In this document: piece after piece, positions 51,936-62,550 of the stretch
How the letters are laid out: each line of letters begins with the position of its first letter
How positions within the stretch are numbered: position 1 is the first letter of the stretch
Source of the DNA: Squalus acanthias
Lineage: Eukaryota
Direction: 5' to 3'
Assembly (NCBI GenBank): GCA_030390025.1
Contig: CM059432.1
Coordinates: forward strand, 68,016,001 to 68,080,000
DNA length: 64,000 nt
Program-made: the position numbers and the translations under genes
The notes under the pieces: model-generated
Told to the model about the DNA's origin: nothing
Database searches by the model: none
Seen by the model: the letters and a program-made list of their open reading frames with translations, nothing else

Positions 51936-52229
51936 ATGACAGATGGGGAAACTAAGTGGGGACCTGTGGGTTCCCTTTTTGATAAATATATGACAGACAG
52001 ACGCTCGTTGATTAAGAAGATGCAAAAGGATGGCTGGGATGTTTCCCAGACCTTAGAACAACAGAGAAAGTGGGTAGATGGGGAAAAGAAAGACAAAACA
52101 AAAAAGGCAGGGGTATTATTAGTACATCAATTAGCTGGACTAATGGGACAAGTAGCCGCTTCCACTAAAAAGTGGAATGAAGACAAGCACAACATTAAGA
52201 AATTAGAATCTAGGGTAAAGGAATCTTAA
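51936..52229 (+). pseudogene. Probable gag N-terminal remnant of the inner ERV
   Basis: First ATG ORF after the leader, basic and helical. Called on position only. Confidence 0.5.
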
Positions 52230-53895
52230 AAGGAATGCTGGGATCTAAGTTTGTGTGAAAGTTTTCCTGACTGAATGTTTAAGGAGTTGCAGTATTTCTT
52301 TTGTCTGAAAGTCTGTCTTTAAAAAAGTGTCTGTCATTTATGTTTTAGCTCCACCCACTCTTTTGTACAGAGAGCTAAAAGCTGTTTAACCCTTTGAAGA
52401 CCTGTTTTGAATGACGGACAAGTGTGTTGTTTTAAGTTTGTTAATTGTTTTACAAAAGATAAGCTTCAGCCTTGAAGTCACAGTTGCCAATGTGCCTGGA
52501 AGAAAATGAATTTGAATGTTTACATGGCATGGGTAATTGTTTCTTTGTTAATGTGGCTATGGTTTCTTTCTTTTTCAAGTGATACTGGTTAGTTTAAAAG
52601 AAAAAATTGATCTAGATTGAATTGGAGTTGTTGAGGTTAATTAACCTATTAAAACCAGACTTTTATTGTGCATGGTGAAATTCTGGTTGGTGTAAATTTG
52701 TGTAGACCGCATTGAATAAGATATTTAATGGTCTGAAACCAGACTTTAAAATATTTACAGTCTTGGATTCAGAACGGGTTCTGGTCCATACCATTGGCAG
52801 AGGAATCACAAGGGAAATTTGCCTTTACTGTCAGGGATAGACAGGAATTTTATATCAGACTTTGCAGGGAAAGCAGAGCCGATTCAACGGTTAGTTAAAG
52901 AGGGATCCAGTAGCGAAGGCAATGCCACGATGTGTGGCTGCAATAGATTGTGCCACAAGAAAAAAAACTTTGAACTACAATTTAAGTTAAGCTGGTGTGT
53001 AAAACTGAGAAGAACAAGAAGCTTGTTTAACAAAAGATTAAGTTTCGGTCTAAGATTTAACCTTGGAGTCGCAGTTGCTATGGTGAAATCTTCCAAAGCA
53101 GTTTGATTTGATTTGCTGAAATGTGAAAACTAATTTTTCTCCAGTTATATTCAATGTTTTTACAGTATTTTGGAAAGGCATCTGAAGGAAGGACAATAAG
53201 AAATATGATGTAATTTATGGTTTTCTACAAGCATGTACTGGTTTGTTTTGGTTTTTTCTGTTCGTGTTCAGTTACGTGAAATGACGCAATTGCGTGCGTC
53301 TGACAATGTTTCGCTCCGCCTTCTTAAAAAAAAACCTGCAAAGGAGTTAACCCTTTCCACTGACAGCTGTTTAAGTTATAGAAATGAAATTGAACATTGA
53401 CAAAACCTGTCAGTTCAACAGTACTGCTGTTTGGATTTCGGGATAATTTTGAAATGACAAAATGGACTCAGGCACTATATATTGGGTTACTTTTGGGAAA
53501 ATAAAAGATCTTCTAAAATAATGAGAAATAAAAAAACGTTAATAACTTGGACCAAGTGAGAACATTTGATCTATGATTTGTTGCTTAAATATTGTACTGG
53601 ACAGTAAAGTTTCTCCAGGGCTCATGAATGAGATATGAATGGTAATTAAAGGGAAGTGATTGAAGGTGTAAGATTAAAACAGGAGAATTACACTACTGAA
53701 GGGGAATTTTCAAAACTTTCTAGTGAAAGTTAGGAAAGAGTAGCTAAGAATAGTAAATTGGTAGCTTTCTCTTGGAGACATTTGTGTCCTTGCCTATAAT
53801 GAACTTTTTAAGAAAACTGAATTTGATAGCCTGGCCACTATCAAAGACATCGGGACCATGCAGAGGAAGATGAACAAAGACCTCCAGAGAATCTT

Positions 53896-54327
53896 TTGAT
53901 AAGATACCTGAAGGCCCGAGAAAGGCACATATGGAAATTACGAGCTATCCCTAATCAAACGACAGGCTTATCTCCCTATGAATTAATGACAGAGCGAGCA
54001 ATGCAACTCCCTTATGGAATTATAACAGGAGGAGAGGAACTAGGACCCTTACAGGACAGGATCCGCCGGTATGTCCTTGAATTAAGCAAGCAGTTAAAAG
54101 AAATGAGACAGCAGGTTAGAGAAAGACAGGAAGAAAAGGATAAAAATTTAGACTTGACTGCGTTAACAAACGTTCCCTCTGCAGGAACTAAAGTAATGGT
54201 TAAGGTCCTGCCTGCAAAGCAGGGGTTTGCCCCAAGGTGGTCCGGTCCTTATCAAGCCCTTATCAGTGGAGACACATGTGCCTGTATTGATATAAAGGGA
54301 ATGGGAAGGTGGAAACACTGGACCTAG
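53896..54327 (+). pseudogene. Integrase C-terminal remnant of the inner ERV
   Basis: 'LRAIPNQTTGLSPYELMT' and the GPY module 'APRWSGPY'. Confidence 0.8.
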
Positions 54328-54359
54328 CTAAAGACCTATAACCCTTCACCAGTGTAGAA

Positions 54360-55330
54360 ATGGACGCAACAAGACAAATACCGGGTATAAGGAGTGAGGA
54401 AGAGTGGATACCGTATACAGAATGGGAATGGCCCCTGGTAAGGGGATTGGTCTGGGCATTATGCATCATTCTGATTTGCTTCACATTGGGTTGGAGTAAA
54501 TGCGAGCAGGAATATGAATTAAAGGTGACCAGGAGTGGGTACAGTGGTGCAACCTTCACGTATGGGACGTGGAATCTCGGTACAATTCCAAACATAACCA
54601 GTGGGGGGCCATGGAAGGGTAAAATCATGATAATGAATAACATATGGAGTAGGTATGGAAGCCTATAATAACACTTACTTCATTGGGGTATGTCATACCC
54701 TTTGTACATCACTGCCTAAACCTCAAGGAACACCCAGCCTATCGTTATAAACGAGAGATTGCTGAGGCTGAAAGATACTTCGCGATCTATCTACCCCCAT
54801 ACGGAGTCACGAGAGCTATTAAAGAGATACGGTTGTTGGCAGAGGTTTTAGAACAGGTTGGGAATGATACAGCAGAAGCTCTAATAGACATTAACGCCGA
54901 GATGGTAGCGATAAGGACATTGACGCTACAGAACCGAATGGCACTTGATTACCTCCTAGCAGAAAAAGGGGGAACATGTGCATTGATTGGGACAGAGTGC
55001 TGTACATACATTCCTGACAGTTCTGAAAATATAACTGATTTGGCTGAGCACATACAGAGGGAAGTTCGGAAGTTACACGAAACCGCAGGAGCAAACTGGT
55101 GGGAATGGTGGTTTGGGGGAGCATGGGTTTCTTATTTAATGCATGGACTAATTATTCTTGTTGTAATAATAATTGCTTGTTGCTTGACTATCGGATGTTT
55201 TAATATCTGCTGTAAAGTCATGATGGCTCGGATTGTGCCAGGGGCCAGCGTGGTCACCGAGGAAGAACATCTAATGGGAACACCCGAAGACGCCAAGGAA
55301 GGAGAGGGCGACCTAGACAGGTACCTGTGA
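54360..55330 (+). pseudogene. env: env with mostly deleted SU and an open gamma-type TM
   Basis: Signal-like 'LVWALCIILICFTLG', furin site RYKR, immunosuppressive domain 'LQNRMALDYLLAEKGG', CX6CC 'CALIGTECC', TM helix 'GLIILVVIIIACCLTIG'. Confidence 0.9.
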
Positions 55331-55387
55331 AGAGTGACTTGGAGTCATATGTGCGGAACACCAGGGAGGTGGATTCCCCAAAGGCTG

Positions 55388-55422
<35 letters not shown>
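55388..55422. repeat. (TA)n microsatellite in the ERV 3' UTR
   Basis: Directly visible. Confidence 0.95.
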
Positions 55423-55429
<7 letters not shown>

Positions 55430-56069
55430 GAGGTCGTTTGGTCATCTGGACTTCGTGAACATCCTCCAGGACCAAAAGGGGGAATTGTTGGAGTAAAAGT
55501 GAGATGGTTACCTGAAACAAAATGGAGTCTGTGGAATAAAATGGACTCTGTGAAACAAAGGGACTCTGTGAAAAGACATTAAAATGTGCTAACCAACCTT
55601 GAGCTACCTCCTGTCATTGCATGAAACTACAGAATAGACAAAAGCCAGACCACCAAGGTCCAGATAACGGTTGTTCTTAAAGGAATGTAATTGGAGGTCA
55701 TTGTCGCTAGGGGGGAATAATTGGCTAAAGTGTAACTAACCAAGACTGCTGTGCTTGTGGAATGTATAAAAAGAAGCACAACAGCCATTTTAAAATTGAG
55801 AAGGTGACTGCGTGCACTGCGGAGTGCCAAGTACTTCTCCCAAAGCTTCGTTCAATAAACTGTATGTTGAATCTTTAAGTCTGACTCCAAGTGGTGATTT
55901 CCCACAACATGGAGTACGGAAGGGAGCGTGCTTTAACTGTGGGAAACAGGGATATTGGACCCGAAATAGTACAGCCCCGAAAAGAAGTACTAGGACAGGA
56001 GCGGTAGGAGGCTTAGGAGGAATGGCACCCTACCAGGAACATCCAGGGCCAGAGCAGGGAGACCAATGA

Positions 56070-57743
56070 CTGGGTCCGACCTCGGACATCGTATGTGGGA
56101 TAGGATATGACAAACATGGACGACCTATAGTGTCAGGTACCGTAGGAGGTCACGATACCACATTTTTATGGGACACAGGTGGATCCAGGACGTGCCTGGG
56201 AAACCAGCACCCTCTCTCACATAGCGATTTGACAGACGTGACAGTTTTACTAAGCGGTTTTACTGGACACGGGCAAATGGCCACATTTACTAAACCGCTA
56301 AACATCCAATTGGGTAATTTAAAATTTAAGCATGCCTGTTTATCAGTACCACAAATGCAGGGAGAAGAAGCGATACTCGGGATAGATTTCATGAGGAAAT
56401 TTAATCTAGCCTATGATCCCGCGAACAGACGTATTTGGAGATTGCATGAAATATGTAATGATGGTTTGATACCGACCGGTCAATATGATGAACGGGTGTG
56501 TTGTATGAAAAATGTTTCCTTTAACCCCATATTAATGACAAGTAAACCAGGGTTGCAGAAGGTGCTAAGTTAGAATTTAAATGCCTTTGCCACTCACAAA
56601 CATGAATGTGGTACCGGAGGTGGATAGACCCGAAATAATTTACCAGTTCCATGATGTAGGAGGACACCAGGGGATAGATAGAACTTCTGCCAAGATTAGG
56701 GTTGTATGTTGGTGGCCAGAAATACAATCAGATGTAGAGAAATACGTCAAGAACGGTTTGATTTGTGCTCAAAACAACCCTGGGAAATACAAGAATCAGG
56801 CTTTAATGGGACGCACTCGACAGGGCAAGGGCCCCTGGGCCCAACTTCAGATAGATTATATAGGGCCACTGCCCACCTGCCCAGGAGGAAAGAAGTACAA
56901 TTGGTAATAGTAGATGTATTTTCCAAATGGATTGAGGCCTTCCCAACCAATAACAATTCAGCTGCCACTACCGCCAAAATCCTAATGGAAGAAGTGTTCT
57001 CCCGATGGGGACTACCAGAAAGCATCAACTCAGATCAAGGGACCCATTTTGCTGGGCAGGTCATGAGATCGGTCATGCAGTTGGCTGGGGTAAAACAGGA
57101 TTTTCACATTTCATACCATCCAGAGTCCAGTGGGATAGTAGAAAGAATGAACAGGACCCTAAAAACTACGATGAGGAAATTGGTCCAACAAAATCATACC
57201 TCCTGGCATAGGGTGCTCCCTTATGCATTAATGGCCATCCGGAACACGGTGGTAGCATCCACCGGCTACTCACCACATGAGTTAATGACAGGAAGGATTA
57301 TGAAAGGTATCGAGGCATTTATGGGTATGGACCTAAGTGAAATCCAGAAGACATCCCTGTCATCTGAAAAATACATGACTGATTTGCTGAAGTATTTGGA
57401 AGCGGCAAAAATGACCGCAGCCGTAAAAATGGGAAAAAGGCATCAGAAAAGTAAAGCCTATTTTGACGGGAAAACCCACCCATGGGAAGTCAAGATAGGT
57501 GACCAGGTCATGGTTAAGGTCCAAAGGGAGGGGACATTCCTGAGCCCAAAATATGCAGGACCCTTTAGAGTAATGGATAAAGCTAGTCCGTCCGTATTTA
57601 AGATAATGGACGGACAAGGAAAGTACAAATGGCACCACATAAATCAATTAAAAACTTTTGGGAAAGTGGATAGTTTTCACCAGTACCATGTACAACTGGA
57701 TGCTTTAGATCCCCAGGGATTGGATGAAGGAAATGATGGTTGA
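56070..57743 (+). pseudogene. pol: pol remnant of the outer element: aspartic protease and integrase, RT/RNase H deleted
   Basis: Protease 'FLWDTGGS' and 'ILGIDF'. Integrase 'HDVGGH', 'QIDYIGP', 'NSDQGTHF', 'GIVERMNRTLK', 'YAGPF'. Frameshift near 56900. Confidence 0.9.
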
Positions 57744-59071
57744 GATGACGGTAACCAATCAGATAGGTCTGATCAGGACTCAACAGGTCTGGTGGACGGA
57801 GTAGGGAACCTGTTCCTAAATGACGAATGGGACCCAAATGAATCTCCTCCTAACTCACCAATAAGGGAGACAGCAAGTACCGGGTCACCAAATTTCATGG
57901 CCGCCACTCACCAACTTCAGGGTTGGGCACGCCTACCTGGAATGGATCGCTCCTCAAAGACCCCTCGTTTACAAAGGGTGACTGATATTTAAGAACTAAT
58001 TAATAAACTGTACATAAGAGCAGCTAGTATCTAGGTATAGGTAAAAACGATATAGGTAAAAAACGGGATGAGGTCCTAAAAGCTGAATATAGGGAGTTAG
58101 GAGGTAAATTAAAAAATAGGACCTCAAAGGTAGTAATCTTAGGATTGCTACCAGTGCCACATGCTAGTCAGAGTAGAAATAGAAGGATATTTCAGATGAA
58201 TACGTGGCTAGAGGAATGGTGCAAGGGGGAGGGATTCAAATTCCTGGGACATTGGAACCAGTTCTGGGGGAGGTGGGACCAGTACAAACTGAACAGTTTG
58301 CACCTGGGCGGGACCGGAACCGATGTCCTAGGGGGAGTGTTTGCTAGTGCAGTTCAGGAGGGTTTAAACTAAAATGGCAGGGGGTTCAGAACCTGTGCAG
58401 GGAGACAGAGGAAAGGGAAGCAAGGATAGAAACAAAAGACAGGAAGGAGAAAAGCAAAAGTGGAAGGCAGAGAAATCAAGGGTGTAAATCAAACAGGGCC
58501 ACAGTAAATAATAATTCTAAAAGGACTAAGAGTGTTAAAAAATCAAGCCTGAAGGCTTTGGGGTAAAAATTCAGTTGGTTGCGCCTCCCGTTAGCGCTTT
58601 AAGAGGGCGCTAATGGGGCGCAAAGCCGCTAACGCCCAGGCGCAGCGCTGTTTGCGCCGCTCGAGAACTTAACTTGAGATTGTGCGGCGGCGCTAAAACT
58701 TACCGCTGCGACCACCTGCGCGCGCAGATTGTGACGTCAGTCCGTGGTGCAACGCCCTTGGGGCGCCCCGGAGCGGAAATTGAGTGGCGCCCCCTGCCTT
58801 ACCGCCTGGCGCTTCCAACGACCGGAAGACTGGAACGCTATCAATCGCTGTGGGGCTGGGGGGGGCGCTATTTAAAGGGGGCCTCTTCCTGTCTTTTTCT
58901 GTGGTCGACATTTATGCACCACTCGTTCTGAGAGAGAGAGAGAGATTCGGAGAGAGAGAGAGAGAGACTTCTACATTCACTCAACGCTTTGTGAGGTAGT
59001 TTTGCCTAGTTCATCCTAACTTTGCTGCTACTTTCGTTGCTGTCCCTCATTACTTTGCTTGCAAAGAGAAT

Positions 59072-60233
59072 ATGGGGGCTGCACTGATTGGGGGCGTCGT
59101 CCTGCTCCAGCTGAATCGGAGGATACAGAGACGCAGAGAGAGAGTGGCAATGATGGCCAGACGGAGGAGGGCCATCAGGCGTCTATACAGGAGAGCTTAC
59201 CCTCCCAGGGTATATCGTGAACAGCTCTCCTACATCCATATGTCCGAGGAGCTGTGTTTGCGAAGGCTGCGATTCAGCAAGGAGGTGGTCACTGAGCTCT
59301 GCCACCTGCTGCAGCCAGATCTGCAGCCTCAGCTGAGGTCCAGGACGTCTCTGTCGGTGGCAGTGAAGGTCACAGTGGCCTTGAACTTCTACGCCACTGG
59401 CTCATTCCAAGCTGCTGTTGGGGACCTCGCCAATATCTCCCAGTTTGCGGTGCATCGCTGCATCCGGCAGGTCACAAATGCCCTCTTCAGAAGGAGACGA
59501 GAGTTCATCTCCTTCCCTATGACCCCAGACAAGCAGCGTGACCGCGCTATGGGCTTTGCGAGGGTAGCGGGCTTCCCCATGGTGCAGGGCGCCATTGACT
59601 GCACGCATGTGGCTTTGCGTGCTCCGCGAGAGAATGCAGAGGAGTTCAGGAACAGAAAGGGGTTCCATTCCTTGAATGTGCAGTTGGTCTGTGACCACAG
59701 ACAGGTGATTCTCGCTGACAATGCCCAGTATCCTGGCAGCTGCCACGATGCTTTTCATCCTGCGCCAGACTACTGTGGCAGAAATTTTCGAGGCACCGCA
59801 TCAGCCAGTTGGTTGGCTTCACGGGGACAAGGGGTATGCATTGAGCACCTGGCTGATGACACCGCTCCGTACGCCCAACACCCCTGCTGAGCTGCGGTAC
59901 AATGAGAGCCATCAAGCAACCAGGAACATTATTGAGCGCACAATCGGCGTGCTGAAACAACGGTTCCGCTGTCTGGACCATTCCGGAGGAGCCCTGCAGT
60001 ACTCGCCTGAGCGAGTATCGAACTTCATAGTCGTGTGCTGCATGTTGCATAACATGGCAATCCTGAGGACCCAGCCAATGCCACCAGGCCTTGGAGCACC
60101 ACCAGAGGAGGAGGAGGAAGAGGAGGAAGAGGACGAGGACGATGATCATCAGCAGCACCAAGGCAGGAGAGCGGCCCACAATGGTCAAACTGCAAGGGCC
60201 GTCCGTCAACGGCTAATAGCAAGCCGCTTCTAG
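59072..60233 (+). pseudogene. Harbinger DDE transposase (HARBI1-like) with one +1 frameshift near 59753
   Basis: 'GAIDCTH', 'NRKGFHSLNVQ', 'PGSCHDAF', 'GDKGY', 'IERTIGVLKQRFRCL'. Deleting one T in gcttttc gives 386 aa. Confidence 0.92.
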
Positions 60234-60527
60234 GGCCCCTGCCATTGCTACCAACATTAATGAACCCAGCACGCAACCCCTAAGCCGGCCAAGGCACCAA
60301 TAATTCCAACCACCAACCATGTATATTTTGAATACAGAAACTTATTTATTTTACAAACTCTGTGTGTGTCAATTCCTCATGACAAACTCATAGAAATAAA
60401 CACAAAAAAACAGTCAATAACATAACTGGTTCTCACAACCTGGAGATAATGTCCAAAACACTAAACAAAAGTTGGGCCATGAACCTCGGCCTTTAATAAA
60501 AAAATGACCAGCATTTTGGCACACCTC

Positions 60528-62550
60528 CTACTTTTTGCCCTTCGAGGGTGATCTCCTTCCCTTGCGCACTTCCCCCCTTCTAACCCTACTGCTCCTCCGT
60601 AATGGGACCTCAGTGGCTGCAGCAAGGCTGGTGGAAGGCTGCTGCTCGTCAGACCCTGACACTGCAGATGCCCCTGAAGGACGGCCTCGACCACTTCTGG
60701 GCCTGGAGGGCCCGGCTGCAGACTGCACCAACTCTGCATGGGCGGCAGCAGTCTGTCCTACAGGCGGTGGCAAGTGCAGTGGAGAAGTGACAGTGTTGGC
60801 AGCAGGAATGCTGTCATCGTGAGAGAGGACAGCAACTCCCTGCTCGCCCGACACACTGGCACTCCCACGGGGCAGCACTTCAGCATCCGGAGCAATTTGC
60901 CGGAGAACAGATTGCTGGCCTGCTGCGGCGCGGTGACAGCCCCGGGGACATGTGCACGAACCATCGAGGATGGCAGCAGTCAGTGCTCGCGTGGCCTCAA
61001 TCTGAGTCTGCATGAGAGCAGGCTCAGATGGGTTCCTGGCAGCCAGTGACTGAATTGCAGCAGTAAGCTTTAGTGTGGCATCCGCCTGTGCTACAGCGAA
61101 GTGCTCCACACTCCTTGTCAGTGCCTCAATGCATTCGGGCACCCTTCCCACTGCACCCATGAGCTCAGTGTGCATGACCACAACCTGGCTGTTCATTTCT
61201 GCAATCAGCCGCTCCTCCTCTGCGTCCATTGCATTAGGAGTGTCTGGCATACTCTCCCTCTGGGGAGAAGGCTCCCGTTCTTCCCTCCCCCCCCCATGGC
61301 GTTGCTGCAGCCCGCTGGGTCCTGGAACTTCACCATCATCAGCCCCTTCCCCCCTGCTCCCCCGTTCTTCCCTCCCCCCCCCATGGCGTTGCTGCAGCCC
61401 GCTGGGTCCTGGAACTTCACCATCATCAGCCCCTTCCCCCCTGCTCCCCTCCGGGGAAGGCGTGTTCCCAGTGTGGCCATGGGCTTCCTCGGGAGAGGGT
61501 GGCACTGATGCTCCGGCTTCCTCTTCCTCCTCAGCTGCAGCATCACTCCCAGTGGCAGCTTCAGGGACCATCTCCTCAGCTGGTGAATCACCATCTGAAA
61601 GCAGGGAGGTACAAGAGTGGCTTTAGCGTGAGGACAGGGTGGCAGTAAGGGAGGAATAAGTGCAGCGAGTTAGCAAGTTGGATTGAAAGTGTCAAAGGCT
61701 GGTATTGTGAGGGACAAGTGGAAGGACAGAGGACAAAAAGGTGATGACCTTACCATTGCTGTCCACAACGGGGTCGGCGTCTCCAGTGGCGACGGGACCG
61801 ATCACCCGGCTTGCCACAATCCTGTGGACGCGCTCCTCCAGATCACTGAGGGGTTGCAGCTGAGGCCGCCCTCCACCTGTCCGTTGCTGCTGTCTCCTAT
61901 TATGAGCCAGCTTGGCCTGCAAGAAAAAGGACAGCATCTGAGTAAATATACAGCCATGGTCTTGCCTGATGTGCCTCCCATTGGTGAATAGCCCTTACAA
62001 TATGCAGCCATGGTCTTGCCTGATGTGCCTCCCATAGGTGAATAGCCCTTACTGTATGCAGCCATGGTCTTGCCTGATGTGCCTCCCATAGGTGAATAGC
62101 CCTTACAATATGCAGCCATGGTCTTGCCTGATGTGCCTCCCATAGGTGAATAGCCCTTACCTTACTGTATGCAAAGTGTGGAATGTGTGTGTGTGTTTGA
62201 TGAAAGGGCCATAAGTGTTGGATGAGTGTTGTGCATTGGGGTTTTAAGACCCTCTGGCCATAGAGTGAGGTTGAGATGGAGGGATGGAGAGGTATTGAGA
62301 AAAAGCCACTCACCCTGACGACCCGAGTGAGGTCGTTGAACTTTTTGCGGCACTGGACATGGGTCCTGGGCACCATGCTCCTGGAGGAGACGCTCTGAGC
62401 CACCTCCCTCCACACTCTTCTTAACTCGCGTGGCAAAGGCCTCCTGCCACTCTCAGGGAACAGCATACATCGTCTGCGCTCCACTGCGCCAACCAGAGCA
62501 TCCAAGGCCCGCTCGGTGAAGCGATGAGCGCGTTCTCTCACCCTCTCCAT
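60528..62550 (-). CDS. Harbinger Myb/SANT-like DNA-binding protein, three exons (62550-62314, 61916-61754, 61594-60528), 488 aa
   Basis: Trihelix motif 'RFTERALDALV...WREVA...QCRKKFNDL'. Junctions AGG|gtgagt, ttgcag|GCC, G|gtaagg, tttcag|AT have compatible phases (0, 1) and no internal stop. Confidence 0.85.
61951..62172. repeat. 54-bp tandem repeat, 4 copies, in intron 1 of the Myb/SANT gene
   Basis: Unit starts cagccatggtcttgcc at 61951, 62005, 62059 and 62113. Confidence 0.95.

Larger units (their letters stand above)
50933..55909 (+). mobile_element. Inner non-autonomous endogenous retrovirus with two LTRs
   Basis: LTRs 50933-51336 and 55486-55909 (TGTTG...CAACA), 5-bp TSD TGGAG, PBS at 51340, PPT AAAAGGGGGAA just before the 3' LTR. 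Confidence 0.95.
49423..56069 (+). pseudogene. gag: gag of the outer element (49423-50932 plus 55915-56069; 555 codons once the insert is removed)
   Basis: One frame with two premature TGAs (49525, 50023), coiled-coil-like N-half, PPPY at 50158-50169, capsid-like 'KQATGEHPRAYAECL', degenerate zinc knuckle CFNCGKQGYWTRNS. Confidence 0.8.
48508..58030 (+). mobile_element. Outer retrovirus-like LTR element (5' LTR, gag, pro, RT-deleted pol, integrase; no 3' LTR)
   Basis: LTR 48508-49223 (TGTAG...CAACA, TATAAAA near 48877, AATAAA near 49087), PBS at 49227, coding remnants listed below. Ends abruptly at CR1 sequence. Confidence 0.88.

Noticed and set aside
56070..57743. Gmr1-like PR-IN-RT domain order
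   Set aside because: An RT-start-like stub precedes the junction and no RT follows the integrase, so deletion is the simpler explanation.
59072..60233. Host HARBI1 gene
   Set aside because: It lies inside TIRs with a TSD, is inserted in a CR1 and is frameshifted, so it is a transposon copy.
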